From Cycas panzhihuaensis (taxonomy: Eukaryota > Plantae > Cycadophyta): a DNA stretch of 64,000 bases. The position numbers and the translations under genes were made by a program. Under the pieces are notes generated by a model. The model saw only the letters and a list, made by a program, of their open reading frames with translations. It had not been told where the DNA came from and ran no database searches. The stretch covers positions 198,779,741 through 198,843,740 of the forward strand of contig CM041465.1 of NCBI GenBank assembly GCA_023213395.1, written 5' to 3'. Shown piece by piece: positions 25,101 to 38,100 of this stretch. Positions within the stretch are counted from its first letter, which is position 1; the number at the start of each line of letters is the position of its first letter.

Positions 25101-28100
25101 TTACAATTAAATATTGAGAGGAAATAAAACCTCACATACCTAAGTTCACAACATTAAGTTATGACTTAACTCTTTTATGATAAAGGATCCCTATAAACTA
25201 TGTATAAATATTATATTAATATAATATAATGGATCTTTGATGAATTAATGAAGTCTATTATTAATTATTCCATTATACCAGGGGTCTATAAAAATAATGG
25301 AGATTTGTTGTTTCTAGCTAAGCATAATAAGGTATATGTTATTGTGTGAAGTGAGGTGTAAAATATGCTAATACCTAAGCCTTAGATAAAACTAGGCTAT
25401 AAAATTAAGCCTTTGCATACCTTCAGGTATAAAGGAGGATTGTTATAGGTTCCCTTACTAAATTAGCATAAGAAGATTATCAATTGTTTATCCCTTTATA
25501 ATGCATAAGCTAAAAGTTAGTGCTTAGAAGTTACCCTACTCGAACATCCCTAAATGGTTATAAACCTTATGGGTGCGTATATTTCTTTATAGATAGTATC
25601 CTAAGATATTGAGTTGGTTATAATAATGATAGAGAAGTTTATCATACAACCTATAAAGTTAAACACTCCTTTATTAAAGTTTAGTAGGTCTCCCTATCAC
25701 CTGTATAACATTCATTACATAAATATTCTATACAAAGATCTTGAGACTATTGTACTTTTATCAATATTGTTAGAAAGCTACTATAAATTTATAATTGTAA
25801 GCTAAAGAAATGACTGTGACTTATTACTAAATTTAAATTAGTAAAAACACTCCTTATAAGTACCACTACAAGCATCAAGATGATCATACAAAAAAAAAAA
25901 AAAAAAAACAAACAAAGAGCAACAAGACTATAAAATTAGAGCACTCATTTTATTTTTATAAAATTTACATAGTTTAGCTTTGAAGCTCTTTAGTATAGTC
26001 ATCATCTAGAGACATAACATTAGAGATCATATTTAAACTTTTAGTGTTGTCTATGTCCTATTTGGTCTACATTAGAGTCCATATTAAATTTAATTGAGTG
26101 AAGTCCATATTAGAGTCAATATTCAGACCAATTGAGTTTAGTTTTTTACACCCTTAGTACCTCAGTTAGTTCACTTTAATCTTCGAAAGAGAGAGAGAGA
26201 GAGAGGTAATAACTTTGTAAATACTTCTCAGATTTAGATAAGACCTACACCATTAGACTCAATAGAAAATAAAATATCCATGATTCTAGAGTAACCATAA
26301 AAGTATATACATCTTATTTCAATCAATGTATTGTATTGATCAATCTCTACTAAGTCATTTTTAACTGTCATTTTTGAGAAAAACTAGCTTATGGGCATCT
26401 CACTGGGCTTCATAGGTCTAAACATTTTGCTTACCACTCACCTATATCATCTCAATAAGTTTGTTATAGTTGTACAAGTATATTAGGTGATTTTTTTACT
26501 CAGAATTTAGGGTCAACAATCTATAGACACTGTATACCCCACCCTCTTTTTCCCCTTTCATACATTCCCACTTCTTTAACACCCATTGTACTTATCTTTC
26601 CTCATTTAATCAAAACCCATTCTTTCATATTTCTCTTATTTATTATATCCCTTTCTTATTACTATATTCCACTCTGTTAAGACCCTTTTATCTTTCATAA
26701 ATAATCACACCACCAAGCTAAGTCAAGTACCTCTTCTCTTTGGAAATGTAACTCCTTACCATGCATGACATACATAAACATGATATATCTAAGATGTCAA
26801 TGAAGTTTGCAAAAGTAGCCAAAGAGATTACAACTATACATGTCTAACTCTCTAGTTTCATCTCAACATGAAACTCCAACACCATAAATATTTCACAAGG
26901 AAAAACTTTATAAGGTGGAACTACACCTCTCTAATCTCCATATTAGCAAATATTTGATCATAAAATCAATATACCGATATTTGATTCAAACTAGATTCAT
27001 ACTTTCCAGTTAATTAGATATCCCAAGTTGATAAGTTGACATTTGCTTTAATCCACTTGAAAGGAGATGCCCATCATTGATATAAATGGCAGAGTTAGCA
27101 ATATCTAATAAATCAAATATGTAATCAATTTTGTAAATGCTTCTTTGAGTAATACGAGGAAACATAAGACCATTCTTTTTTTAGCCAACTTAATCAATTA
27201 AGGCAAACAACTTCAGTAGAGGCATACACTAATAAGTTCTAAGATATTCATAAGTTCCCTAGGCATGGTAGAGTATGTAAAGCTAGAAGAGTAATATTCA
27301 TCATTGACCCTGATTTTGATTCTAAATATGAAGCAAAATATGAACTACTATTGAGAAACTCCTCTCTACTTAAATATGAACCCAAAGCCTCCTTATCTGT
27401 CATTTCCTCTTTTGCCTATCCTAATCCACTATGAGTAAGAAGGATCCTAAGGAAAACTCCTATTATAATTTTGATCAACAATGGTGCATCATTAAATTTT
27501 ATAGATATTATAGTAGTCATACAACTAAACCTTTATATCAACCCAAAAGTGAGTTTTAATTGTTCTTTACCAGGCCACTACACCCTTCATTGTGTAAGAG
27601 TTGTTTAAAACCTCCAAGTCTAATCAATACATATAAACTCAAGTCATATTTTTATGCTTTATCTATTAAGGATCAAATGCCATCGTAGGAGTATAATAGA
27701 TCCAAACGTGAAGCACTTTATAGCACCAATAATTTCTAAATAATTGATTTATAATACTTGAAGCTCAATATGGCTAAACTCCCAAACTTAATAGTCTCCG
27801 GTCACTACCAAAGAAACTTATTTCCCCTAAGTAGATAAGCAAGCAACTCAATGGTGATATCAAATATATAGTTAACTTCAACAACATTTAATCATAGTCA
27901 GAAGTCCACCCAGATATCCAATCCATTCTAACTAAATACTAATTAGTCTTTACCCTCTTACCTGATAGCTTTTCCCTATATCATGGATTTTACAACACCA
28001 CAGAACTCAAGAACCCTAATAATCCCATCAACCTATAACTATATTGAAATTTACTTTAAAAGAATGAGATTGATTGTATTACCAATGAACTCATGTACAT

Positions 28101-28924
28101 AGGAATGATATAGCCTAGTAAAAACCCTTATGTAGCTCTTATTGTGTTAGTTCGTGAAAAAGATGGTTTCTCTAAACTTTATGTTCATTATAGAGAACTC
28201 AACATATTCACCACTATGAATAAGTTTCCCACCCCCTGGATTGATGATATATTTGATGAGATCTATGGGACCACATTTTTTTCTAAATTAAACTTATAAT
28301 TTGGATACTATCAAAACTAATAGCACCTAAAGACAAATACAAAATAACTTTTAAACTTATCATAGATACCTCAAGTTTCAAGTCATGCTATTTGAGCTAT
28401 TCAATACTTCTTCAATCTTTTAAGCCCTCATGAATACAATTTTTCTACCTTATCTTCATAAATTTATTATTATCTTCGATGATATATTTATTTATAGTGT
28501 CAACATGTCTTTACATCTCCAACATTTAAAAATTACTTTTGAAATTCTTGAGTAAACTAGTTATATGCCAAGATTCTAAAATATAAATTTGGTAAGAATT
28601 TAACCATAGTACCCCCACATCATTTTCATAGAAGGTATATGAGTTGATCTAGATAAAATATCAATGATTACTAAGTAGCCCACACTAATTATGGGATTTC
28701 ATTAGACTAAATAGCTTGTATCATCATTTCGTAAAAAAATATGCATCTATTGTAGGCTCCTTAATAAATTTATTTATAAGGACTTTTTCTAATGGTCATC
28801 AATTGCTAACAATGTTTTTAACCATTTGAAAATGTTCATATCAATCACACTAGTCCTTACCACCCTAAATTTTTTAGCTTTTTAATTAGAGTATAATGAT
28901 TTAGGTGTTAAGTTAAGGGTTATC
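19135..28924 (+). mobile_element. Decayed Ty3/gypsy element (5' LTR ~19135-19527), interrupted by a copia at 19750-25275 and truncated in RNase H
   Basis: LTR end CA followed by PBS-like TGGTAATAGAGT at 19530-19541. Leader resumes at 25276 and resembles the chromovirus leader (AAGCCTTAGATAAAACT at ~4045 and ~25377). RT remnants at ~28060-28700 (VREKDG...YRELN...NKFP, FDDIFIYS). Confidence 0.7.
19750..25275 (-). mobile_element. Full-length decayed Ty1/copia element, copy 1
   Basis: LTRs ~19750-20207 and ~24819-25275; degenerate TSD TGCTA/TACCA; PPT CCCTCCCTT at ~20208. RT (IAKGFKWVKGIDYDDTFAPIA...MNAKSTFLNSDLQEEIYINQP...LKKVLYGLK, 21288-21551), RNase H (~20230-20700), protease (IDSSAS, ~22880) and gag Zn knuckle (~23165-23190). 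Confidence 0.88.
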
Positions 28925-31376
28925 TATTACATGACCACATGGTATTAATAGAACTAAGATACTAAAACTCAAGGTTAAGGTATTGGGAGGTTAATTTCTA
29001 GTCATTAACTTAGGTGCACAAACCATTAAAACCACTAATGAAATGTAAGGCCACTTGGCCCACCAACAAGATTATAGGAGAAAAGCTCTTTTGTTTATTT
29101 GAGGGCTATAAATTAAAAAATAAAGTTCTTTTATAATCATTTTATCTTAAGAGATTGGTACTTTGATACTTTTTAGTTTTCATTGGTGCTCATTTGTGCT
29201 CTTTAGTGACCTTCAATTTTGTAATTAATTTTCCTTAATAATATAAGTGTTATATTTTCCTACATATTTCTCCATTATCTATTTTATGTGTGAAAAAGTA
29301 GGATAGTCATATCTCAAGTGGTATTAGAGATAGGTTATAGATCCAATTGAAGTAGTAAGTTTGAAAGAAACCAAGAAGAAAGAAATTTTTTCCCCAAGAT
29401 ATCACTATAATCCCTTCTCTATAGTTTTGTTTTTTTTTTTTCAACTAGTATCTATTCAAATTTATTATAAATTCATCAAGCTACCAATAGGTAATAATGT
29501 CTCATTCTATCTCTCCTTTTCCCTAGTGATTAGTAGAGACCTTGCATTGGGAGTCTTTAAATATTATTGGGATCTATCATTCTAAGCTAAGTATGTATGG
29601 TCGAAGTTGCATAAGACATGAAGTACTATAATAAATACTTATATAAGCTTCAAATAGAAACTGACTATGAAAGTAAGCCTCTATATACCCTTAAGTATAT
29701 CAAAGGATCCTTTTAGGTTTCCTCCTTCAATGTAGAGTACGAAACCTATTAATTATTTATCCCTATGTAGTACATGAGTTAGCAGTTAGCATCTAAAAGC
29801 TACGCTCATTAATATCCTTACATGGTTATTGACTTTATAAAGATACACTTTCCTTCGTAGGTGGTTCCCTAAAATATTGAGCTAAGTAATAATATTAATA
29901 AGCAAATTTATCAAAGGGCCTGTAGAGATAGATAATCCTTTGTCAATGTCTAGTAGGCTTCCTCTGATTATCTTTACCACTTCCTTAATAAAAGTATTCA
30001 TCATAGAATCACTCAAACTACTATATTTCTGAAATTAAAAAAATCATCTATTATTGATACTACTATAATTCTTAATATAAGCCCTTAAAGTTACTATACA
30101 TTTAAAGACACATAGGATGAACCTACAATAATGGTACCACCTAAAGATTAATAGCATATAAGTAATAATATAATACCTATCAATAGAGCACCATATCTTT
30201 GATTATTCCTATCTAAGCCTTCAACTACAATTTTGAATTTAGTACTAGTTGAATCCATCACGCATTCTTAGTCCACTCCCTAAAAAAATGAAGGTTAAAA
30301 TAAGTCCACAAGGTTACTTTAATGAATACTTTTATTTCTAATGAAACCTATACCATTAGACTCATGACGAAAGAAAAAAGAAAATCTACATAAAAAGGAA
30401 TTATCTTATAAATTTATACATCTTATTTTAGTCAATGTGTCTAATAAATTTGTAATAGGTTGGTTTCTAACAATAATTTCTAGAAAAAGTTACTCGTATG
30501 ATACCCATGGGTCCCATAATAAAAACATTTTTACTTTAAACTCATATACACCATTTCAATGAGATTTTCATGCTCACTCTAATTTAATAGATGATTTTCT
30601 TACATACTTTTAGAGTTTAGAGGCTATAGACACCTTATGACCCCCTGATTTTCTATTCCTTTAGGTATAATTCTCACTTCTATATCTTGCTCTATCTATC
30701 TAACTATAATTTGGTACATCCCCTTCTATCTTACTCATCTTATTATATCTCCTTCTTCTTACTTATGTCCCACTTTCTATAATCCTTTTCTTTTTATATA
30801 ATAATTCCTACATCTCAAGCAAAACGTATTTCTACACTGAAAACTTAATTCTTAGAATTTGAAAAAGAAGTAAATGCCAACATGTCTTCTCTTGCATCTA
30901 AGTTAGATATCATAATAATACTAAACTAAATACTTCAGATGTTAACACAATCATCTTAATTAAACTCTAAATGTTTAAGTAGCATATCTCCAATACAACA
31001 TTCAAGCAACCCTCCTCCATGCCAGCCATAACTTTACCACAAGATCAATATTCTTAACTTTGATCTAGATCTAAATAGAGATAATGCTTACATATAGATC
31101 AGTAGACTTGAATCTTATTTTCCCTTAACCTAATGATCAAGAGGAGTAATTAACATTTATATCTATTCATATAAAAAGTTGAGTACATCATTAGTTCTAT
31201 TGGTAGTAATGAGAATACCCACAAAATGAGACATAGACAAATTTCTCCATATGTTTTTTTAATCTATATAAAGAAATTTAAAACTATTTTTTCTTTAATC
31301 AACTTATAAGACCAAAATAGGTATCCTAAGTTGAAATATATACAAATAATTTTTGAACCTTATATAATTACTTGGG
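28925..31376 (+). mobile_element. Second, related gypsy element (LTR ~28925-29316, leader and partial gag) nested in the first
   Basis: LTR of about the same length (~392 bp) sharing motifs with 19135-19527; PBS TGGTATTAGAGA at 29319-29330; leader similar to 19540-19745 plus 25276-26700 (e.g. ACCTAYACCATTAGACTCA at ~26243 and ~30346). Confidence 0.6.
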
Positions 31377-34300
31377 GTTAACGCTCATCACACCACTCCT
31401 ACCATTTATACATGGAGTGCACATGTGAAGGTAAGTAAGGTAAGGTTAAAGTTACTTTAGTTAAGTATTATTTTATTATATTTTAAATTTGAGGTTGAGG
31501 AGGTTTCCTCCTCCCTCAAACTATATCTCCGTTGGGGTGACAAACCCCGTGTCTTGACACCACCTTTATTTTAGACATTTGTAATACTCTCTCAAAGATG
31601 GATTGAATACAAAAGATTATTGTATTTATGCAACAATGGTTTTAATTACTTCATGTATTGCTCGCCTGCCTCGATTTTACAAACCAACATTTGGTATCAG
31701 AGCAAAGATCCTGCGTACAATGGCTCAGATTTTGGCCTGTTGAAATTTTCTTTGAGAAGTAAGAAGATCCATTAGTTTCAAGCGCATCTACTCACCGTAA
31801 GTCAACATCGGTTCTATTCATCTTCTATGAAGCTTGTTAGCGCTTTATATTAATTTTTATTAAACGCTTTGATTATTTCTAATTTATATCTCAGAAATAA
31901 CACATATTTTCATAGATATATGTACGATCACTGCTATAATTAGTAAAACATTCCAGATCTCATCACTCTACGAAGATTTTATTAACAAGTTTTACATATT
32001 TTGTTAAATATTTGGCTATTTTTAGTGTATTTGGTTTATTTATTCAATATTTTTCTAGATCTATGCAATAATTGCTCTATATTCAGCCTAACAAGTTTTT
32101 TGGAGAAGTTATGCTGAGTTTTCATTTGATAATTTATAATATTTTATTGTATATTCACTATTTTTTTAAGGTTTATCAAGGAACTTGTGCTTTTATAGGC
32201 TGGTTTAGTCTCCACTGTGAACGAAACCCTAGTAAATCATTATTCATTTTGAAGCTCTCTGAGTCAGCTCCATACTAAATTCAATAGTTTCATTTTCTGT
32301 CACTCTTACTGCAAGATCAAGCTTTTGGAAGTTTGCCTCCTCACTCTTGGTACTTAAAACCCTAAGGTAAATTAAAAATATTTTTTTCTCTTTGTTTCTT
32401 ACTTTTAGTAAGGTCGTACTACTCCAAGGGCCCTCTAAGCTATTGATCTAGTGTAGTAATTTATTTTTTCATTTATGCCTGCCATGGTAACAAAGATCTA
32501 TAATTGCACACTATTTTTTTTAGTTTTTCATCCTTTTATATATATAAAAATATATATTCTTTAAGATATTTTATTGCAGATCTCTCTAGGTGCCTTTTTT
32601 TCTTCATTTATCATTTTTATGAGGCTATCCAAGGCTCTATATTTAGATTCCATATGACCGATCTGGAGGCACACAAGCAGCTCTCTTATGTTCCATTGAA
32701 TTGCCTCACATCTCGCTATACAACTTATCTTGATCAATGTTAAAGGAATGGTCACTTCTCCTAATATACCCATTTTTACTAGTAGACTACAGTCGTGAAG
32801 ATTTAGGTGAAGTTTGGTAGCTAACGCACTACCTAATCGCCTCCGCACTTGAGTTTTTTGCCATAGTTTTGGTCCTTGTAGTCTCCGACAAGTTTCATCG
32901 TCTCGTGTAAAGTATTCACCACAGCTTAAAGTTGTTCTTTACATAGAGAATTCTTCATAAAGTAAGGATGGCTTGCTAAATCAGACAACCATAGAGGAAG
33001 TTGGTCAAGTTTGCCAGGTTTGATACTCTATTCACTGCATGTCCATTTTTCTCCTTAACATAATATTTTTTATAAAAAATATATATATATTTTTAATATT
33101 TAAGCTTTGAATCAATCGACCACTTAGTGTATATGTGAGTTCAATATGTTTCTGATTGAAAATCTGAATTATTTTGGCCACCCCTCGTAGTCGTTAGTTA
33201 ATGCCTATTTATTTTTTATAAATTTATTTATTTTTTTCAAAAGGTTTAAAAAAATTTAATTAAATTTATTTTTTTTTGAATTTTGCAGGTGTGATTTCAA
33301 TTTAGCCTCCTCTCCTATCAGTCCTCGGTCATATTAAGATCCATGTAACCATATTTTAAAGCAGATTTTAAACTTTATAAGGCATTTTTAATTAATTTAG
33401 TTTTAAAAAGTTTTTAGTTATATTTCATAAATTTTGAGGTCCAAAGCCCCCTTCACGTGGTCACATTACCTCTCAGGTGACCAGGGTCTAGCCTATCAAA
33501 GGGGCCTTCTTAACTTTATAAACATTTTTCTTTTTCTTTTCTTTTTTTCCCTTAATACATAGGATACCTAGCTATTTCTATAATATCTCTTTATTGGGGT
33601 ATCAGTTTATGATGAAACCTATCCCGTTGAGTCTAGAATTTTGTGGGCTATAGTTTAGACTGACTATTTGCCATAATTAGAGATGATTTGACCTAATTTT
33701 AATTAGTTTAAATCAATCCTTTTTTTTAAAGCATCTTTTGAACTATTAACATAAAAAGTACCTTCCACTATTTTTGTTATAACTTTTCCGTTATGTATCA
33801 GATTTAACTGTCTGTTTTATTGGGAAGTTAACTCATTTCTCTTCAAACTAACATATTTGTTTATAAATTTTAAAGTGTTCTTGTAGAATCTTTAAGATAT
33901 CAAATTTGAGGAGCATAAAAGCTCCTAGTTTGTCATTATTGAACATTTTTATACATTATTTCTCAAGTTTATTGACTCAAAGCATATTAATCAACTCTTT
34001 AATTTATATTTGACCACTTTACATTGTTTTATAAGTTTTTTACTAATATTAATAACCTTTGAGCCCCGACTCTTATTAATCTCCAAAAAAGGGGTCATAT
34101 CATTTGTGCATTAAAATATTAATCAGTAGGAACCCATTTTTAAAATGGGCAGTTCCATTGAATAGATATTTTATTGATCTTCAAATTATTATAATCTTAT
34201 ATTAATTTGATATTGTTTAGTATGGCCTTGAAGCTTATTAACTTAAGCATTTGATATATCCCAACATGTTGGTCCTCTTAACCTTTTAAGGAATTCTTTC

Positions 34301-34498
34301 TTTTATTTTTCTTACTGATTAATTATGATATATATTTGAGGCTTTCATTTGACTTTTATATAGTTTCTTGTTGATTTGTAGTAGAAAATTGATCATATAC
34401 ATCTAAAGCAAGTGACAAGTTAAGTAGTCTTGCATCCTAAAATAGGTACAATTTATTTTTGAAGTTTCTTCTTCATATTTTTCATCTTTCTAAAGAGA

Positions 34499-34499
<1 letters not shown>
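31377..34499 (+). mobile_element. Younger LTR element (5' LTR ending 31689, perfect tRNA-iMet PBS) with a non-coding internal region; probably non-autonomous
   Basis: ...CCAACA-TT-TGGTATCAGAGC (PBS 31692-31703); CpGs retained; no gag/pol recognisable in the next 2.8 kb. Left boundary approximate; no 3' LTR seen. Confidence 0.65.
32594..33015 (-). pseudogene. Captured fragment of a host ARM-repeat (armadillo) protein gene, N-terminal domain of the At2g45720/At1g01830-type family
   Basis: Minus-strand translation GKLDQLPLWLSDLASHPYFMKNSLCKEQL*AVVNTLHETMKLV...NYGKKLK / ALATKLHLNLHDCSLLVKMGILGEVTIPL...WNIRELLVCLQIGHMESKYRALDSL..MINEEK matches family motifs recalled from memory (LSDLSSHPCFSKN.LCKEQLQAV; KLDLNLRDC.LL.K.GVLGEAT.PL; IRELLARLQIGHLE.K..AL..L). 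Contains one stop and a frameshift. Confidence 0.85.
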
Positions 34500-35032
<533 letters not shown>

Positions 35033-35129
35033 CAGATTTCAGATTATATATCTTCATCATACACACAAGCAATACTTATTAATCTTACATTAAAAGAAGG
35101 TCATTTTCGCTCCGCTAATGTTTATTCGT

Positions 35130-38100
35130 AATGCACTGCGGCCGAACCACTGTGGCTAGGGTTTGAAGGGTATAGAGTCAAAGGCGGAGGGGGGTCCCCA
35201 GATGGTATCTGTGATGGCGTAAGGCCACGGATGGATCCGGGCTTCTTCGAGATAGGGAAGGCAACCAGACGGGCCAGTTTTTTGAGGCGAACGGAGGAAG
35301 ACGAGCTGGAAGGAGAGGCGATGGAGAAGGGTGGGCAACCCTGGCTAGGGTGGATTTTGGGTTTAAGAGCAAGGACAATGGCAGGGGGGAGTTCTACGAG
35401 CAAATAGTAAGAGACACGACTTTAAATCTCCATAAGGGCTTTGTGATTCCACTAGCAGTCAGATCTGAGTGTCCTTAGTCTGTACACAGCATTCTCTACA
35501 AAGGGCTTGATGCCATATACGCTCCAGCCAAAGAAGGAACTTGTCTGTCCATGTTCGGTATTCCAGAAAACTTAAGGAGGCAGAGAGCCAAGATAGAAAG
35601 GGGGTAAGTCTATGTAGAGATCTGCAGGTTCAAACTAGTGGTGAGTCTATGCAGTTTTTCAAGTTTTTGTAAGTTTTTTCTGCTTTCTAAATGATGCAAA
35701 TATCACCAAACCAATCTCAGTCCTTACCCATGGGGAGGACCTACCTAGATGTATCGAGGAATGGAAACTATGAAGAACATGAAATTTACCCTGTCAAGAT
35801 TAGAAACAGATTTAAAATCTCGATTCCCAAAGAGGTAACTAAAAAGACTATACAATATTGGGAAAATAGCCTGTTGGGTAGGTTTTCAGGTCCCTGACCA
35901 GGGTTACACACCATCATAGAATGGATTAGAAATAAGTAGAAAACTAGAAACCCTGCTCGCTATGGTAATTCCAAAGGGGTGCGTCCTCTTTAGGTTTGCT
36001 AACCAGGAGGATCTGATCCCCATCCTTCTAAAATCCCCATGGATGTTTGGGAGAAAGGCCATGTCTCTAGAGAAGTGGCATCCAGATTTCAACCCTGGCA
36101 TTCCTATGGTAAAGCAAGCCCCAGTTTGGGTGCAGATACGAGGGCTCCCTTTGCACTCGAACTCGAGACTAGAAAAGGCAAACAGATGATCGGGCCTTTA
36201 CTAGCTATGGATTCAGCAACAAAACATATATCTAGATTGATGAATGCTAGATTTTACGTCCTGGCTAGGCTCGATAGTGAAACTCCTAGACAAGGTTGAA
36301 GATCCATCATTCAATGTTTATTTTATGAAGTGGAGGGTTTTAGATACGCAAAGTGTAAGAGCATGGGGCATCTCCCCTATCAATGCCCGGGGGTCCCAAT
36401 GAGGTTGGACAAGCAGGAAGAAGGTAAAGAGAAAGAAGATGGAAAGTAGAAATAATCAGGGGGAAGGCACCGACAGTAGGTACCGAAAGGTTAGGAAAGG
36501 ATGTGGACAAAAATGAGCTTGGTGAAGGAACCGAGGCATCCAGAGGTGTAGAGTCGATCGATGGTAATGGTAAGACCCATAGTGAGATGGGCTAGGTAAT
36601 AGTCTAGAACCGCCTTTTAAGATATAATGTTTTATCTAGGTATGAAAGGGGGTTATGTTAAGACCACCCTCAATATAGTCATAGTGTAAGATGATGCCAC
36701 TTGGCAGTATTAGAGTGATTGGTTACATTAGAGGTCGTAACCATCACATTGTTGATGTATACTTAAGAAGGTTCAATCTCAATGGAGAGTATACTTTTTT
36801 CGCCTAATTCAGATCGCCTCGCTTATTTTTCATCATAAGACGTAGTAGGCCACCCAAACCCATCTTTTTAAAAATTTCATGTCTAGCGCCCATTAAGGAT
36901 TGAAGTAGCAAACAAGGTAGTTAGGACATCCGTGATCATTATTTCTCCGCGCATTTTAATCGCATGCACTCTATACTTGATGATTTTTTTAAAAGTGTCG
37001 ATCGCAATGAAATTTGGTGGAAAGTAGATCTAAGCACCGAGCATATTTATCTTCCGAGTAGAGTCATCTCGAGGTCATTTTCTAGGCCAAATCGAGCCCC
37101 GAACTAGTCTATGCTTGAGGATTTACATCAAACCACGATTTTCTCGTAATATCCAAGATTTCCAAATAAAACCCTTCTTAGTATCAATACATTGAATTTG
37201 CATCCATATTCAAAGATTTGTTTCGAGTTTTTCCAAAGAATTTAAAACCGATTTTCCGCCTACCCGCTTATTTTTTCTTTTCGGAGCAGTTTTCTCTCAT
37301 CTGAGAAACTTTTTCAAAACCGACTTCGCATCCACATAAAGCGATCGAGAAACCTCGATTTTGAGGTATTTTTATTTAAGACGACACCTAGGGTTTTAGG
37401 ATGGAACCGTGATAGCCATACCTGGATATGTCAGAACCTGTTTTTTGACTTGAAGAAAATGTCTTCATCCCTTATTTCTCTGCCTGAACTAGCAAAATTA
37501 ACTGGTTCTAACTATCATATATGGAAAATCAAGTTAGAAACCATTTTGAGGGTAAAAAATGCTTGGGAAATTGTCAAGGGATGAAAATGTCCTCTAGTTG
37601 GTTATGACAAGCTAGGAAGTTAGATTGAAAGAAATAATATGGCCACCTCACATTGAATGTCAATTTCGTATCTGGGCTTAGTCTATGTTGAAAAATTGAA
37701 ACTGGCATCTGAAATATGGAAATGCTTGGAAATTTTATATGGGCAAAAGAACAAGGCAAGAATAATTGCACTCAAAGAAGAACTGTACAAACTTCACATG
37801 AAAGAAAATGAAGAGGTAGAGGATTTTATGCATAAAATTATTACTGTCAGAAATAACCTCTTAAGTGCCGGAGGTATAATTTTTGAACAAGACTTGGTAG
37901 AAATTGTAACTGCAAGGTTACCAAAGTCATTTGACATAATTGTCAATACTATCACGCATGCTGATAGTTAGACAAGTTAACTCGATGAATTGATAGGATT
38001 GTTGCTAGACAAGAACAGTAGAAACAAAATGTATGAAAATACGATGTAATCGAGGATGCATTTACATCTAGACTGAATCTCGGGCCAAGAGGAAGACAAC

